Positions 23,914-36,466 of a stretch of DNA of 64,000 nucleotides are shown one piece after another (position 1 is the stretch's first letter; each line of letters opens with the position of its first letter). A program made the translations under genes and the position numbers. The stretch is taken from assembly GCA_016906335.1 (NCBI GenBank), contig JADEYG010000007.1:434001-498000 (forward strand). Direction: 5' to 3'. The stretch comes from Novakomyces olei (taxonomy: Eukaryota). Below the pieces are notes generated by a model. The model searched no databases and was not told where the DNA came from. It saw only the letters and a program-made list of their open reading frames with translations.

Positions 23914-26900
23914 TTAACCCTCTTGCCCATTTGTCGCGAGCCTGCGCCGTTTCGCCTCCAAAATTCGATCAATATTTAAAGCATTATGATCCTCAGGCAG
24001 CCAATCTCCATTGCACACACAAAGAACTCTCATTTTTGGGTGGTACATTAAATCTGGTAACAGTTTTGGTGTAATTAAAAAGTACTGCGAGTCCGACTTT
24101 GCACACGCAAGCTCGACCAGCCTTGCATGGACGAGCCGCTCGTTTCTGGGGTCCATTCCCTGGTTTATTTCATCAACGACACGAAATGGAGCACGCGCTA
24201 CCGACTGCAGTGCCATCAGGAAAAAAATGGTTGAAACGGATCTTTCACCGCCAGATTGCCTGAATCCGTCAAGCAACTGCAGGGATTCGTTTTCACGAAA
24301 TTTTACCATTATCTCCAATTTCCATTTGTCAAAATCATCGGGCTTTTGTATCCGAATCTCCCCTGCACATCCAATTGATGCAAACGTTTCGGAAAAATCG
24401 CGAGAGATGCTTTGCACTAGAGAATCAACGGCCGGTTCCCATTCCTTTTTCTGCCTTTCGATATCAGTCTCGGCTTTTGATCGCGAACTAGCGCACTGCG
24501 CCAGCATTGACAATAGCTGTTTAATTTTTTTTGCTCTGGATTCATACAGCTGAATGACATCAGGTCCGCTTATAGAAACGCTCAGTTGAGACCGTTCTGC
24601 TTCAATCTGGGCTTTCAATTCTTCAATTGTTGCTGTGTCCTCCGATACAATATCTTGCAAGGACGCTCGCGTCTCTTCGTCATGCTGAGCTAAATTTTCA
24701 CGCGCAATTGCCAGCCTATCTTGGGCTTCTTTCTTTCTTACACTTGCTGTTGCTTTACGCTCAGCTACATCAGTCCCGAGATCTTTTATTTTTTTTTGAC
24801 TATCGCTCATTTCCTGTTCGTACGCCCGCACATCAGACTCGGCCTGCAGCCTTCTGAGCAGACTCAATTCGGCTTTTTGCACTGCTTCACAATGCTCCTT
24901 GTACCGATCTTTGACGGTAAGCGCTGCTTCAGCTTCTTTACGAATTGAGACCTTTATTCTTTCTTGTATCTCTTCGAATTGAGCTCGGTCGGCTTCGGGA
25001 CTTTTACTTAAAGCTAGTAATTCTCTTCGCCGCCTTTCCAAGTCTTCTTTCTTTTTTCGCCAAGCAAATTCGAGTTCCTTTTGCCGCTTCCTCGCAGCAA
25101 TAATCATGGCCCGACTTTGCGTTAGCTCGGCAACTCTATCAGACAGTGTTTTGCTTTTTTGCTCTAGCTCTAGTAACTCTTTCCTGATACTCTGATCGTT
25201 TTGCTTAACCTGGTCCATGCTTCGGTGAATCCGTGCAATTTCCTCATTGTCTATACTCTCCTTGAACCAAACTGAACGTAGATTTAGTGTGGCATGAGAG
25301 CTCATTACTTTTTGCGATCCGTATTTCGATCTTGTTAAAGTCACTGCCGTCGTTCCGGATACGTATCTTCTTATTGCCACTGATCCCTGTTGAAGTAGGC
25401 CCTCTAATTTTTGAATACTAGCAATGGGCAATTCCTCCCTTGAAACGGGAATCTGATGCAAATTAGCCGTGTGACATAAAGTGTTCAAGACAGGGTCAGG
25501 TCCGTCTAAAAAGTCAAGCGCGTATCCATCAAAGCCTAAAGACTTTAGCTGCTCCGTGTTTAAAGGCCGTCGCTGGTCTTTTAGTGCTGGTGCTGGTGTG
25601 CCAGAAAACTCTACCACATGAAGTCGTAATCGTCGGCCCACTGCTTCAGTGCTATCGATCAAAAGACCCGTGAACTTTTCGTAATCTTCCCTATTTAAGC
25701 ACGTGAAAACACTATAATCGTCTGGCCTCAGAATCGATTCAATATAAGGCGAGTACCGCGCGTCTTTTACATTTAACAAAAAGAACGCTGGACCGTAAAC
25801 CCTATCCTTAAAAACATGCTGATTATTTTTTAGCCACTTAAAAGCATCTACAGTATCAGACTTGCGGCTTCGATTCAATATCTCTTCTCGCATTCCTTGA
25901 ACTGACCGAAGTCTTTGGATCCGTCTGTCCAAAGACTCAAGTTCCATATTATTGGATTGCATTAGGCTTCGCTTGTTTGCAAGACCATCATTAATATTGC
26001 CGATTTCAGCGTCCAGCTCTGTCATTTGATTATTTATATCGTCCTGTTAATCGTAAGTTTTGACTGCCAGATATATCCAAAAGCTTACAAAAGATTGCCT
26101 TGCGAGTCCTTGATCTTGCGTCGGGTCCGGTCCCAGATTAGATTCTCGCTCGTAGATGTCTCGTTTCAAGTTTTCGATCTTCAGCTTACGCTGCTGGCCG
26201 CGTTGCTCCAACATATCGATATCTTTTTCGTATTCTGTCCGGTCTATGCTCTTTCATTGTTAAAAATCGTAAATAATAATCTGTTAGCTTATGATACCAG
26301 TCTTGCACTCTTTACAAGCAAATCATCAAGCTCCGATTTTGAAGCATACGCCACATCAAGCAAACGTAAATTAGCCTTTTTTGATTGCTGCGCCAATTCT
26401 TGGAAACATCCTGCTTTTTCAAGCGCAGGACCAAGCAGAGACCTAGCAGCTTTCAACTTCTCCTCCGCCTCGACCCTTTCTTCCCTTGCCTTCATAAATT
26501 CGCTGCGCGCATCTCTGTACTCTACAAAGGGTATGCGAAGTTCCATCAGCTTAATCTTGTGCAAAATAGATTGTCGCGCACGAAAGCTTTCTACTTCCTT
26601 TTCAGTTTGTTCTTGCTGCTTTTCAAGATTCTCAAGCTCTGCTTCTTGTCGCTGATAAGTAAATTCTAATTCTTGTAGCTTTTGCTTCAGCTCAATTAGT
26701 CTAACATGGGTGTTTAGCATATCATCATTGCCGGCCGCTTTTTCAACCTCTCTTAAAAGGCGTTCTGGCGTAAGCGCAGCGAATTCGCTGACCTTATCCT
26801 GCGGTAGAAATTGACTCGTCATATTAGAAAACGCGCAGAGAGGAACCAAAAAATAAATAAATAAACAAATAGATACATAGATAGATAGATAGATACATAA

Positions 26901-27542
26901 ATCAATAATTAATATATATATATATATTATTAATTGTTTAAATAAAAATAAAAATAAAAATAAAAATAAAACGAATAAATAGTTCTTTGAGCTTACCATA
27001 AATTGTCAATCTGTATGCAAAGATGAGCGACCAGCTCCTTGACGTGCTTCAAAGTCGATAGTTTACCTATAAAAATGTCATGAGCATATCCCAAAAGCGA
27101 CCGACCAACCGGCCAAGCCTTACCATTAATATACCACACGCTTTTGTCGGGAAAAATGGAACGTTTGATGACATAGTTGCGAGTAGATTGGTACAGTTCA
27201 ATTTCTATTCCGGACTCATCACGTTGCAATTTAATAAATTCCTGTACTTCTTTAGCGCGGCCCAGCACGCTGGTACTGAACCCAAGACCGATAGCAATAG
27301 CGCAAACAATTGACGATTTTCCCGTGCCATTTGGCCCAATGATCATATTCAAATTAGGACCAGGGAAAAACTCGACCGCGTCATATGTGACAAAATTAGT
27401 AAGGCGTATACGGACAATCGATCCGGGTTTATGGCTACCGTGATTGTTAGCAACGCGTCAACAACTGTAAAGGCATTATAATTTACACATGCTCAGATAA
27501 TCCCCGTCCTCCGTTTTCCATTGGCTCCATTGGCACCGTCAT
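23914..27542 (-). CDS. SMC5: Structural maintenance of chromosomes protein 5
   Basis: GSIVRIRLTNFVTY, GPNGTGKSSIVCAI, QFLPQDKVSEFA, QSGGERSVSTIFFLMALQ, FRVVDEINQGMDPRNER, YFLITPKLL. Confidence 0.97.
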
Positions 27543-28388
27543 AGCAGCAGGAACAAGCTCTCTAACAAAAAGCTTTTTCTAATTGCATAACGTCCGCTTT
27601 GTGCTTTTCATCGCGCTTCCAACTTTTTGTAGAATGTCGAAATTATTCATACTCGTGAACGCGTGTAATTTGTAGCATTTATCTTGTTATCAATCTACAC
27701 TAACTGTGCTCATATACGTACAATTATTCATATATTACGCGCGATTATAGTGAATATATAATTCAATTGTGTGTTTATCAAATATATTGTGGATTATAGA
27801 ATATATCTGTTGAAATATGAATCTATTATCCCCTTATAATAAATACACTTGCCCGCTCACTCACCAATTAAGACAAATCTACCATGAGTGTCAGTTGTTT
27901 GACTTTAGCCTTTACAGAATCTCATTCAAAAATATATAGTTATATATACAGCCAAAGCGAACCCTCATACCCTTCGGGCGATTCAGCTAAAGCAATCGTG
28001 AGTTTCTAATTCATTCAATTCTACCATAAGAACAAATTTCAACCTATATTTACAATAATATCTATGGACTATCAAATATATTGTGGATTATCAAATATAT
28101 TGCCCGCTATCGCTGGGCATTATTGTACGATATTCACAATAAATTTCCAATATTCCGTAACGATTCTGTCCCACGTGGATTTCTGCAATAATAAAGTCGT
28201 CAGAATTATAGGAATATTCCTGCCCCACACATCGTTACCGTATGCGGTAGCGCTAAACGATAATCATATCAGACTGCCAAGGTCCGAGACACTCTTATCC
28301 GGGACTTGCGCGGAGGGTAGAGAGCTTCAATCTAACGCCGCTAATATTCTGATTCGTGTGCATTGCCAATTGATGCAACAAGGCAGCC

Positions 28389-29387
28389 ATGAGAATCACG
28401 TTTTTCGGAGCGCAGCAATATGATGAAGAATACTTTAGTCGGGTAAAATCAGATCACGAGCTCGTATTCCTAAGTGCTGCATTGACGGAGAGCACGGCCG
28501 GTTTAGTACGGAACAGTGAGGCCGTTTGCTGTTTTGTTAATGATGCCGCATCGGCACCAGTGATCAATATATTGGCCGACAATGGCGTGAAACTGCTCTT
28601 GCTCAGATGCGCTGGCTTCAATAACGTGGATCTTCCACAAGCGGCCAAGCGCGGGATCACTGTGGCTAACGTGCCTGCTTACTCGCCAGAGGCAGTTGCG
28701 GAACATGCAGTTGCATTAATAATGACGATAAATAGGAAAACTCATAGGGCATACAATCGTGTTCGGGAGGGCAATTTCGACTTGAATGGCCTGCTCGGGT
28801 ATACAATGAAGGGCAAGACTGTAGGTGTAATTGGCACGGGCCGTATCGGTCTGGCATTTGCCAAAATCATGCTCGGATTTGGCTGCCATATCTTGGGCTA
28901 CGATGCGTTTCCTTCACAGGCTTTTAGAGATATCGGTGGCAAGTATGTGGGTCTCGATACCCTACTGAGCGAATCCCGCATTGTCTCTCTCCACTGCCCT
29001 TCAACCCCGGAAACAAAACACATTATAAACGCTAAAACATTGGAGAGAATGCAAAGGGGGGCTTTACTTGTAAACACTTCTCGTGGAAGTCTCATCGATA
29101 CAAAGGCAGTTGTACATTCTTTGAAGACTCATCATCTTGGATCACTCGCCCTAGATGTCTACGAAGAAGAATCCGGGTATTTTTACCGCGATCGCAGCCA
29201 GCATATTATCCAGGATGACGTACTCGCAAGGCTGATGACGTTTCCAAACGTGTTTATCACAGGTCATCAGGCGTTTTTTACAGAAGAGGCTCTTACCGAG
29301 ATCGCACAGACGACGCTCGGCAGCGCCAACGAATTTGCTGCCACTGGAAAGTGTACATACACAGTCACTAGTAAGGAGCGTGACTGA
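28389..29387 (+). CDS. NAD-dependent D-lactate / D-2-hydroxyacid dehydrogenase (LdhA-like)
   Basis: RCAGFNNVD, VPAYSPEAVAEHAV, HRAYNRVREGNF, GVIGTGRIG, NTSRG, LDVYEEE, TGHQAFFT; intronless. Confidence 0.95.
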   Translation: MRITFFGAQQYDEEYFSRVKSDHELVFLSAALTESTAGLVRNSEAVCCFVNDAASAPVINILADNGVKLLLLRCAGFNNVDLPQAAKRGITVANVPAYSPEAVAEHAVALIMTINRKTHRAYNRVREGNFDLNGLLGYTMKGKTVGVIGTGRIGLAFAKIMLGFGCHILGYDAFPSQAFRDIGGKYVGLDTLLSESRIVSLHCPSTPETKHIINAKTLERMQRGALLVNTSRGSLIDTKAVVHSLKTHHLGSLALDVYEEESGYFYRDRSQHIIQDDVLARLMTFPNVFITGHQAFFTEEALTEIAQTTLGSANEFAATGKCTYTVTSKERD

Positions 29388-29640
29388 TTGTCAAGCGTCT
29401 ATAGAGAAGTCGGTGTTGATTATACGGAGAAGTCGGAGGTTTCTTATATGGCTTCTTGCGTTTACTGTTCGTTATACAAGATGTAGTCTCTTTTTCGCTT
29501 TGGACCAGAATTCTCTAATAGTGGATTGTTCACGAATGCCATTTCAGCAGCCAGACATTTGAACGCTGAATCTTCTATATAGTGTTCCGCATTCCTTTTC
29601 TGTAATTTTGTTTTAGTCCAAGCACTGATTTCATCATTGA

Positions 29641-31131
29641 TCATTTCCTCAAGAGACCTATTTCTTGCAATACAGCATCAGCATACTTGCTATTAGCATC
29701 AGTCTCTGACAATGAATCCACGACGGCTTGAGCACGTGAAAGGCGTGAGGCGACCTCCCGGCTTACAATTTCCTTCAACTTTTTATCCTTTGATGTTAGG
29801 AAATGCCGTGCAGTAAGGATAAAAGTGTACAGGAGCGAAAATGTCCAATTCAGATCTTTGTCTTTTAATGCCTCGTCAAAAAAATACAAAGCAGTATCCC
29901 AAGCGTTTTTAGACTTTTTCCTGTCCCGACATGAATTGATAGCCCTGAAATAGGCCGTATTCGAAATAGATTCTTCTTTCAAATTAATGGACGGGTCCGA
30001 CTGCGCCCGCATTTGTTCGTACAACGTCTGCGCCATTTTGTAGTCACGAGACGTCATACACAGTCGTAACAGATTATTCATAATGTCGCGAGTATATTTA
30101 GTACAATCTCCCTTTGCTTTGACGGCATCGAGAAGAAGTAAAGGGTACCGAGTTTCTGATTGTTCAGCGCACATTCGAATGACCGTAGACAGAACAGCGC
30201 TATCGACTTGTGGACTGTTTTGTGGCCGAATTTTCGGTATTTCACTGCTGAGATACATTTTGTTTTGCTTTGTAATATCCAAATTAAAAGCGCCGTCAAT
30301 AAAAGTAGCTATTTTATTCACCCCATTTTTGTGCAGTCCCAAATTAGCAACACAGTCGGTAAGTAAAATCGAATCAGGCGTGATTGATCCCGAGTTCCAT
30401 TGCCGAACCATTCTCTCCAGCACAGTCAACGAGTCAGCAGCAAAATGTCGGCTCCGCCCGCGTGCCAGAGCGCGAAGCATGATCGAAAAAGTCATGATTC
30501 CAATAGGCACTTCGTCCTTCATTGCAGTATACAGCTTTATCAACGCATCCGTTTCATTCCATTCTGCAAAGACTTGAAGGGCAAGGTTCAAATGCACATC
30601 TGATCGAGTAAAGCCTGCAGGCGGATTGTCAAACAATGATGTCAGCACTTCATTATACCGAGGCGGTAATTTATCATGATGTCGATTAGACTGTTTTCGA
30701 CGCATCGCATTAAGCAAAAGCGAAAAAGAATAGTCATTAGGGTTAGCACCGCGACGTTTCATCTGTGATGCATTTAGTAAACTATCGCATATTGTACTCA
30801 CCTCATTGAACCACTTGAAAGCTTGGGCAAATCGGCCGTCAGCTGCATAGTACTCCAAAATTACATTACACGCAGGCACACAATCACCGTAGCGAACTGC
30901 GTCGGCCGCGAGTCGTTTTGCGTCTTCAAGTTTATCTTGTTCGATTAATGTTCTTGTCCTATTTGCGACTGCCAGACGGTCAAAGCGTCGTGACGAACTT
31001 GGCGCGGCAGAGACACCAGTATAGTCGACTCGTAGTGGCCGATTTATTCGTGCTTGTGACGCATATCTTAAGGACCGAACGTTTGGACCAATCCATCGGC
31101 AAAGGCAGCATCTCTGATAAATTGGCTGCAT
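29641..31131 (-). CDS. Pentatricopeptide repeat protein, probably mitochondrial
   Basis: CNVILEYY..AFKWFNE/MKRRGANPNDYSFSLLLNA PPR motifs; Arg-rich N-terminus; short intron near 30764-30801. Confidence 0.8.
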   Translation of the reverse strand: MQPIYQRCCLCRWIGPNVRSLRYASQARINRPLRVDYTGVSAAPSSSRRFDRLAVANRTRTLIEQDKLEDAKRLAADAVRYGDCVPACNVILEYYAADGRFAQAFKWFNEVSTICDSLLNASQMKRRGANPNDYSFSLLLNAMRRKQSNRHHDKLPPRYNEVLTSLFDNPPAGFTRSDVHLNLALQVFAEWNETDALIKLYTAMKDEVPIGIMTFSIMLRALARGRSRHFAADSLTVLERMVRQWNSGSITPDSILLTDCVANLGLHKNGVNKIATFIDGAFNLDITKQNKMYLSSEIPKIRPQNSPQVDSAVLSTVIRMCAEQSETRYPLLLLDAVKAKGDCTKYTRDIMNNLLRLCMTSRDYKMAQTLYEQMRAQSDPSINLKEESISNTAYFRAINSCRDRKKSKNAWDTALYFFDEALKDKDLNWTFSLLYTFILTARHFLTSKDKKLKEIVSREVASRLSRAQAVVDSLSETDANSKYADAVLQEIGLLRK

Positions 31132-31210
31132 TGAGAATGCCAAAACTGACAAAAAAAATTACGTCTGTACCTCTTTTACTACACTCGATAGTACCACAAA
31201 AAAGCGAAAG

Positions 31211-31256
31211 GTTTAGGGTTAATTAGGTTAAGTTTATAATTTTAAGGGTTAGGGTT
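31211..31256. promoter_or_regulatory. TTAGGG-type telobox cluster in the PPR/DeSI divergent promoter
   Basis: GTTTAGGGTTAATTAGGTTA...AAGGGTTAGGGTTA. Confidence 0.55.
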
Positions 31257-31401
31257 ATATGATTTTCGTAATATAAACCGAGCGGCCATAATATAAATCT
31301 GATGGAAACGCGCGTCCCCATTACGTGTCTTACTATTCGCCCTATCTAAACGTATAAATATGTAGATTAAATTGAATTATTACGTAGACACCTGCGACAA
31401 A

Positions 31402-32065
31402 ATGACAGCTGCAGAGGGTAAGAGCGATGGAGAGCCAGTGTACTTGTACGTGTATGATCTGTGGCAGTCAGATGTACCGCTGAACAGTTTGGGTATGCAG
31501 TGTATGCTTTGAGGCTTATTGGCTAACGGACTGCCAGTGCCGGGCATCGATGGTATCTACCACACAGCCATTGTCGCCTTTGGCATTGAGGTATTTTACG
31601 GCAGTGGTATTCAAATCTCGACGCCAGGACAAACGTAAGAATCAGCTTGTGTTCAAATAAATACTCACAATTTTACAGGCACCACGGCGATCCGCGACGT
31701 AAGGTCCTTCTCGGCCATACTGAGGTTCCTTTTGACGTTAGTATCATTACGCTTTACAGGATCGGCAATCTAACAAACAGATTTATCGCGAATTTTTGAG
31801 AGAACTTGCTCCTGAATATTCGCCTGAACGGTATCATTTGTTTCGCCACAACTGTAACAATTTTACAAATGACGTAAGCGAACTGCTTGTCGGCCGACCG
31901 ATTCCTGCTGAAATTCGCGACTTGCCTTTACGGTTTCTGCAGACACCTTTGGGTCAGACATTTGGTCCCATGATTGAATCAATGTTCACACCAACTGCAA
32001 CAAAATCTATTTCGGCTTATAGGGGACTTGACGAAATAGAGGATGATAAACCCGATTTCTCATAG
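31402..32065 (+). CDS. PPPDE/DeSI desumoylating isopeptidase
   Basis: VYLYVYDL, GIYHTAIV (catalytic His), YHLFRHNCNNFT (catalytic Cys); three short introns. Confidence 0.92.
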
Positions 32066-32351
32066 ATTGGGCTGCCGACACGTTTTATATTTTGGTTTCT
32101 CTACGATTTACTATATAAGTCTCCTTTTTTTTTTTTTACAATGATTTGCGTCTGAGAATTCGTGGTATTCGATTTCTCTAGATTATCGGCAGGGTTGGGA
32201 TTGTTTGTTTGTAATAGTTGGCCGTTTCAAAATTTTAAATTCTTAGTATAGAATTATTAAACATATACTTTATAATTTTTTTGCCTGAGACTCTTAAATC
32301 AATGAATGGAGGAAACTATGCTGGTAACAATCTTGTTTGCATTGCTCAACA

Positions 32352-35075
32352 CTATTGTAATTCACCAAGATGACGCTCAATATTGGCCTTCTGTATAGAC
32401 GTTGTCGCTTTAGCCAATAAATACTGCAAGAGCTCCGGGCTTTTCGCACGTATTGCCTCGCCCACAGCTGCATCTATGTCAGGAATAAGCAGCCAAAGGG
32501 TTACACGTTCTTCCACCGTCGTACTTGAGCACCTTGATATATATTTTGCCGCCAAGCGTGGATTACCCGCACGTGCACAGCCTTTAACAAAAGGCTGGAA
32601 CCCAATCGGTGATTTTCTCACACTATCTGTCCACTGTTCCAATCCATACCAGTCTTGTGTAGACAGTAGAGCTCGCAGACGGATCCACCAAAACTGACGC
32701 TCTGTCATCTTGAACGTTGAACGTAACTTGTTTGCTCGGTCTAAATGATTCTTCGCTAGTAATTTGAAAATTGTATCAGCAAGACTTGCACCATCAAAAT
32801 TCATCCCTGTTTCGTGTGATAGATCACGCTGAGTATTGATTAATCTCAGCACATCTGCCACAACACCGTTCTCAAAGGTAGTTGCCTTTAAGTCTTTGTA
32901 ATTTTTGGCCGTCTTTTTCAAAAGATCCACTTTCTCTTCCTTATCCGGAGTTGCAAGTGCTTCCGTTAAATACCACTCCGCCATTCTATCCGGTCTGTCG
33001 TCCCTAAAACAAATAGACTTGTACAGGGCAAAATCTTGCCTCATGGCGTAACTTTCCACAATTTCTTTGGCAGTAGGATGCCTGTCAAGAATGGTGAGAA
33101 CGTCTGGTAGACTTTTCGAATCTTGGAGAACTTTTGCAACCTTTAGTACCATAAAAGGATCATTGCTCTCAACTGCATTTCCTAGAGCCAATTCGTATTC
33201 ATTCATTTGCAAAAGCAAATCCACTTTGCTGCTAGAAATAGTTTCCAAATCAAGTAGCTGAGTAGCAAGAGCAACTCTACCCAGCTTGAAAGCTTCAGAA
33301 GCAATTTTGTCAAACGCAATGTTTGAATGGTTCTGTGTTTTTCCGACAATTTCTTGGAGTAAGGCTTCATCGTTTAAGGACGATGAACTCTTTAGTTTGG
33401 CAGTCGCCCACTTTTCACACACTACGGATACCGGATAGCGGGTATAGGTTGCAATTTTGTAGGCCAGCAGAAACTCGTTCCGCTCCATTAGACGCCGCAG
33501 CAACGAGTCTATAGAAAGAGAAAGGTACTGCGAATATGTTAAAGGATAGCCAAGCTCTCGTAGCCACATTTGGTTGATGACCCGAAGGCTCTCGCAAGTT
33601 TCTACGAATTCATCAGAGTTGTAAAACTCGAGGTAGTATTTGCCGTACGATACTGCTTTCAACAATTTGCTTTGCCAATAAGCTGAAGTTTCATTTTGAG
33701 CCGCTTTAATACATAAATCAATGGCTGAGAGTAGATTGTCTTTGATAATTCTTATATTCTCTTCGGCTTGTGCGGAACGACGATCAATTTGATCCACACA
33801 GTCCAGTAAAATAGCTGCCGGGGATGTAGAGCCAATTCCTAAAGCGTCTTCCAACCCTTCAGGTAACTTTCTCAATATCTCGACGTTAGTGTTCGACACT
33901 ATCCGTAAACAATCAGCCTCGGAGAAGACATGCGCCATGTAGGCACAATCAACGATTAGCTGTTGGCCGTCAGGGCCAATAAGCTCCAAACTCGAGTTTC
34001 TAACCACCACAAGACAATCACTGCCACACCAAGCTAGAGCAGTATTTTCATCTAGCGGTGGCGTCAAGTCGACTTTTGTGTACGCGCGACTCATTTCAAT
34101 ATTATAAACGACTACTTGTCCCGATCCTAAAAGCACCCCCAGCAATCGTCCATTTTTGGATATAACAAGCTGCTTAATTTGACCGTGTAAAAGATCTTCG
34201 CTTCTCGTGCCCTCGTAATCAATTACATACACAGAGGAATTGACGGCACAGTATATTTCAGGGTTACGTCCAAGCGCAAACTCTGGCGGCAGTAGGTCCC
34301 ACGTGTCAATCTTCCCTTCTGCACTCACTTTTGCGTACGATGTTATACGTGGACTCGAATACGAATTGACTCCCAGGAACGAATCGTCTTGCAGCCGTAC
34401 AGCGAGACCAGTATCCCAAAACCTGCAGGAATGCACACCGATATCCTCGGCACTAAGACCAAGGCTGAACTCGAAGAAGGAACCATCAAGAATGTAGCAT
34501 CTTACTTTACCGGACTGAGCAACAACAATAATCCTCTCTTCGGCATCCCATCCCATACCAACAATGTTTGCATTGGGCCACTATGCCATACGTTAGCGCA
34601 TAAATCTTTGGAGACACAATCTTTAGACACAATGAGAAAATCGTAATTTCAAAATACAACAAGGACAGAGTCAAACATCGGCAAGTCTTACTTTCAAATT
34701 AATGACTAATTCTCCCGAACATGTATACAAGCTGATCTCATCGTCCTGGTACCGATACTGCTGTTTCTGATTATAGTCGCAAGCGATTGCTGTTGATTGC
34801 GGTCAGTAACTCGGAAGCAATAATTGCTGTACCAATTAAGCCTGCATTTTTACAGCACGATACTATAGACCTGCTCAGGTCTACGTCTATCTGAAACGCG
34901 TAGAGTTCAATCTGCAAAGGTGAGTCTACCAGTCTCTGCGCCAATAGTATACCTTTTCATAAAACCGATCACCCAAGCGCACCCAGTCTTTGAGCTTAGT
35001 ATACGACCATTCAACTGACAGTAGTCAAGATATAAAGGGAAACCTACTTGCCGAAGGGTGGGTGCTATACGCCAT
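32352..35075 (-). CDS. VPS16: HOPS/CORVET core subunit Vps16
   Basis: HPSANW..RFYEK, MGW..EE, GSTSPAAILLD, LLKAVSYGK, FWWIRLRAL, KSPIGFQPF; several 5' introns. Confidence 0.93.
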
Positions 35076-35747
35076 ATACGCTCTTATCGACCATAGCCAG
35101 GAAGGCTATCTGCCGTGCTTTACCAGTGTATAGATATAAATAAATATATAATTATATAATTATATAATTAAATATATAAATATATATAATTAAATATATA
35201 TATATACGTAAGTAAAACAAGATGCGTTTTATCGCTGAATGATTTGTCCCAATAAATACGCAGCTAAGACTATCGCGATACCTATACAGATCATCTGGGT
35301 TGGGTATACAGGAATAATGAGTGAATGGTCGATTGCATAGTAATTGATCACTTGACGCAGGCGATGCTAGTTTTGCCGAATTCCGGGCTGTTTATATGCT
35401 AGGCTCGATTTGTTTGGCAATTGCAAGCCAGACATCCCAGTTGGTGGCACCCATATGTTACAGCATTATCGTACACCACAAAGAGCCCTGGAACTACAAA
35501 GTCTGAATTATGCACACATCAATGAAAGCATTAAAAAGTTGTGCAAAAGCCTAAACAATATGTATGATACACAGTGAAGGAAAAAGATAAAAAGTGCGTG
35601 TCTCAAAGTGAAACAAAACTCGATAAGCACCATTATGGGTCATAGAATATGGTAAACCCATCACGATTGACACTTGAGATAGAGCTAGAGTTCTTTAGAG
35701 CTTGAAAGCCCAATTAAAACCAAATTCATCAAGCCAATAATAAACTT

Positions 35748-36260
35748 TCAAGCAGAAAGTTTCTGATACCGATCAAGAGCAATATCGCACATGGCATCAA
35801 TAGCGACCTCCTCTTCGCGGCCTTGATTGCTTTTGGAAATACGGTTTCGCAAATCGGCAATTATTTCGTGCCTAGATCTACCGTTGACCCATATAACGTA
35901 GATAAGGCCCGGGTATTTCTTTTCGTACTGCTCGTTTAGCACAAGCAACTGATCGTTTTCGCCTTGAAGGCTAGCTTGCTCCGCCTGTGATAAAGCTGAA
36001 TCGATTTTCTTTGCACCAAGTCTAGGATGAGCGCCCAAGATAACATACAAGCTTTCCTTCTTTGACTTGTCGAGTCGCATTGAATGAAGCGTGGCTCGAA
36101 TAGCTTCAATTAGAGCCTGGTACGAAGGCGGGCGTACCTGCTCAATACTCGGTGCGACAATTGCCGTCAGAGTCGGTGACGGCTCAAACAGGAGTGCGAG
36201 TACTCGTCCAATTTCAGACTCTGACGACTCTGAGAGCCGCTCGATAGGCGGCAGTTCCAT
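35748..36260 (-). CDS. OHCU decarboxylase-like protein (purine catabolism)
   Basis: LLFEPSP, AHPRLG, SQAEQ, LNEQYEKKYPGLIYVIWVNGRSR, MCDIALDR. Confidence 0.88.
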   Translation of the reverse strand: MELPPIERLSESSESEIGRVLALLFEPSPTLTAIVAPSIEQVRPPSYQALIEAIRATLHSMRLDKSKKESLYVILGAHPRLGAKKIDSALSQAEQASLQGENDQLLVLNEQYEKKYPGLIYVIWVNGRSRHEIIADLRNRISKSNQGREEEVAIDAMCDIALDRYQKLSA

Positions 36261-36466
36261 ATATATAAAAGACCGGGGAGGTGTCAGATATAGCCAAGGC
36301 CGTTTTATCATGCGCACCACATAGCTTTTCTCACTTTATACACGCCACACAACCACAGCCATATCAAGTATATCGTGATATAATAAATTTATTTATCATT
36401 TATTCATTTATTATCAATAATGATTATTACCGATTGGCCTGCCGTAGAGACAGTGTCGTACCAGCG

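Noticed and set aside
29544-29638. Minus-strand ATGATGA...CTGA pair as a second C/D snoRNA
   Set aside because: No internal D'/C' boxes, no recognisable rRNA antisense next to the D box, no terminal stem; lies in the PPR 3'UTR
36281-36466. GTG-initiated N-terminal extension of the WD40 ORF overlapping the OHCU ORF extension
   Set aside because: Artefact of bacterial start codons; the first plausible ATGs (36467 and 36260) leave a normal divergent promoter
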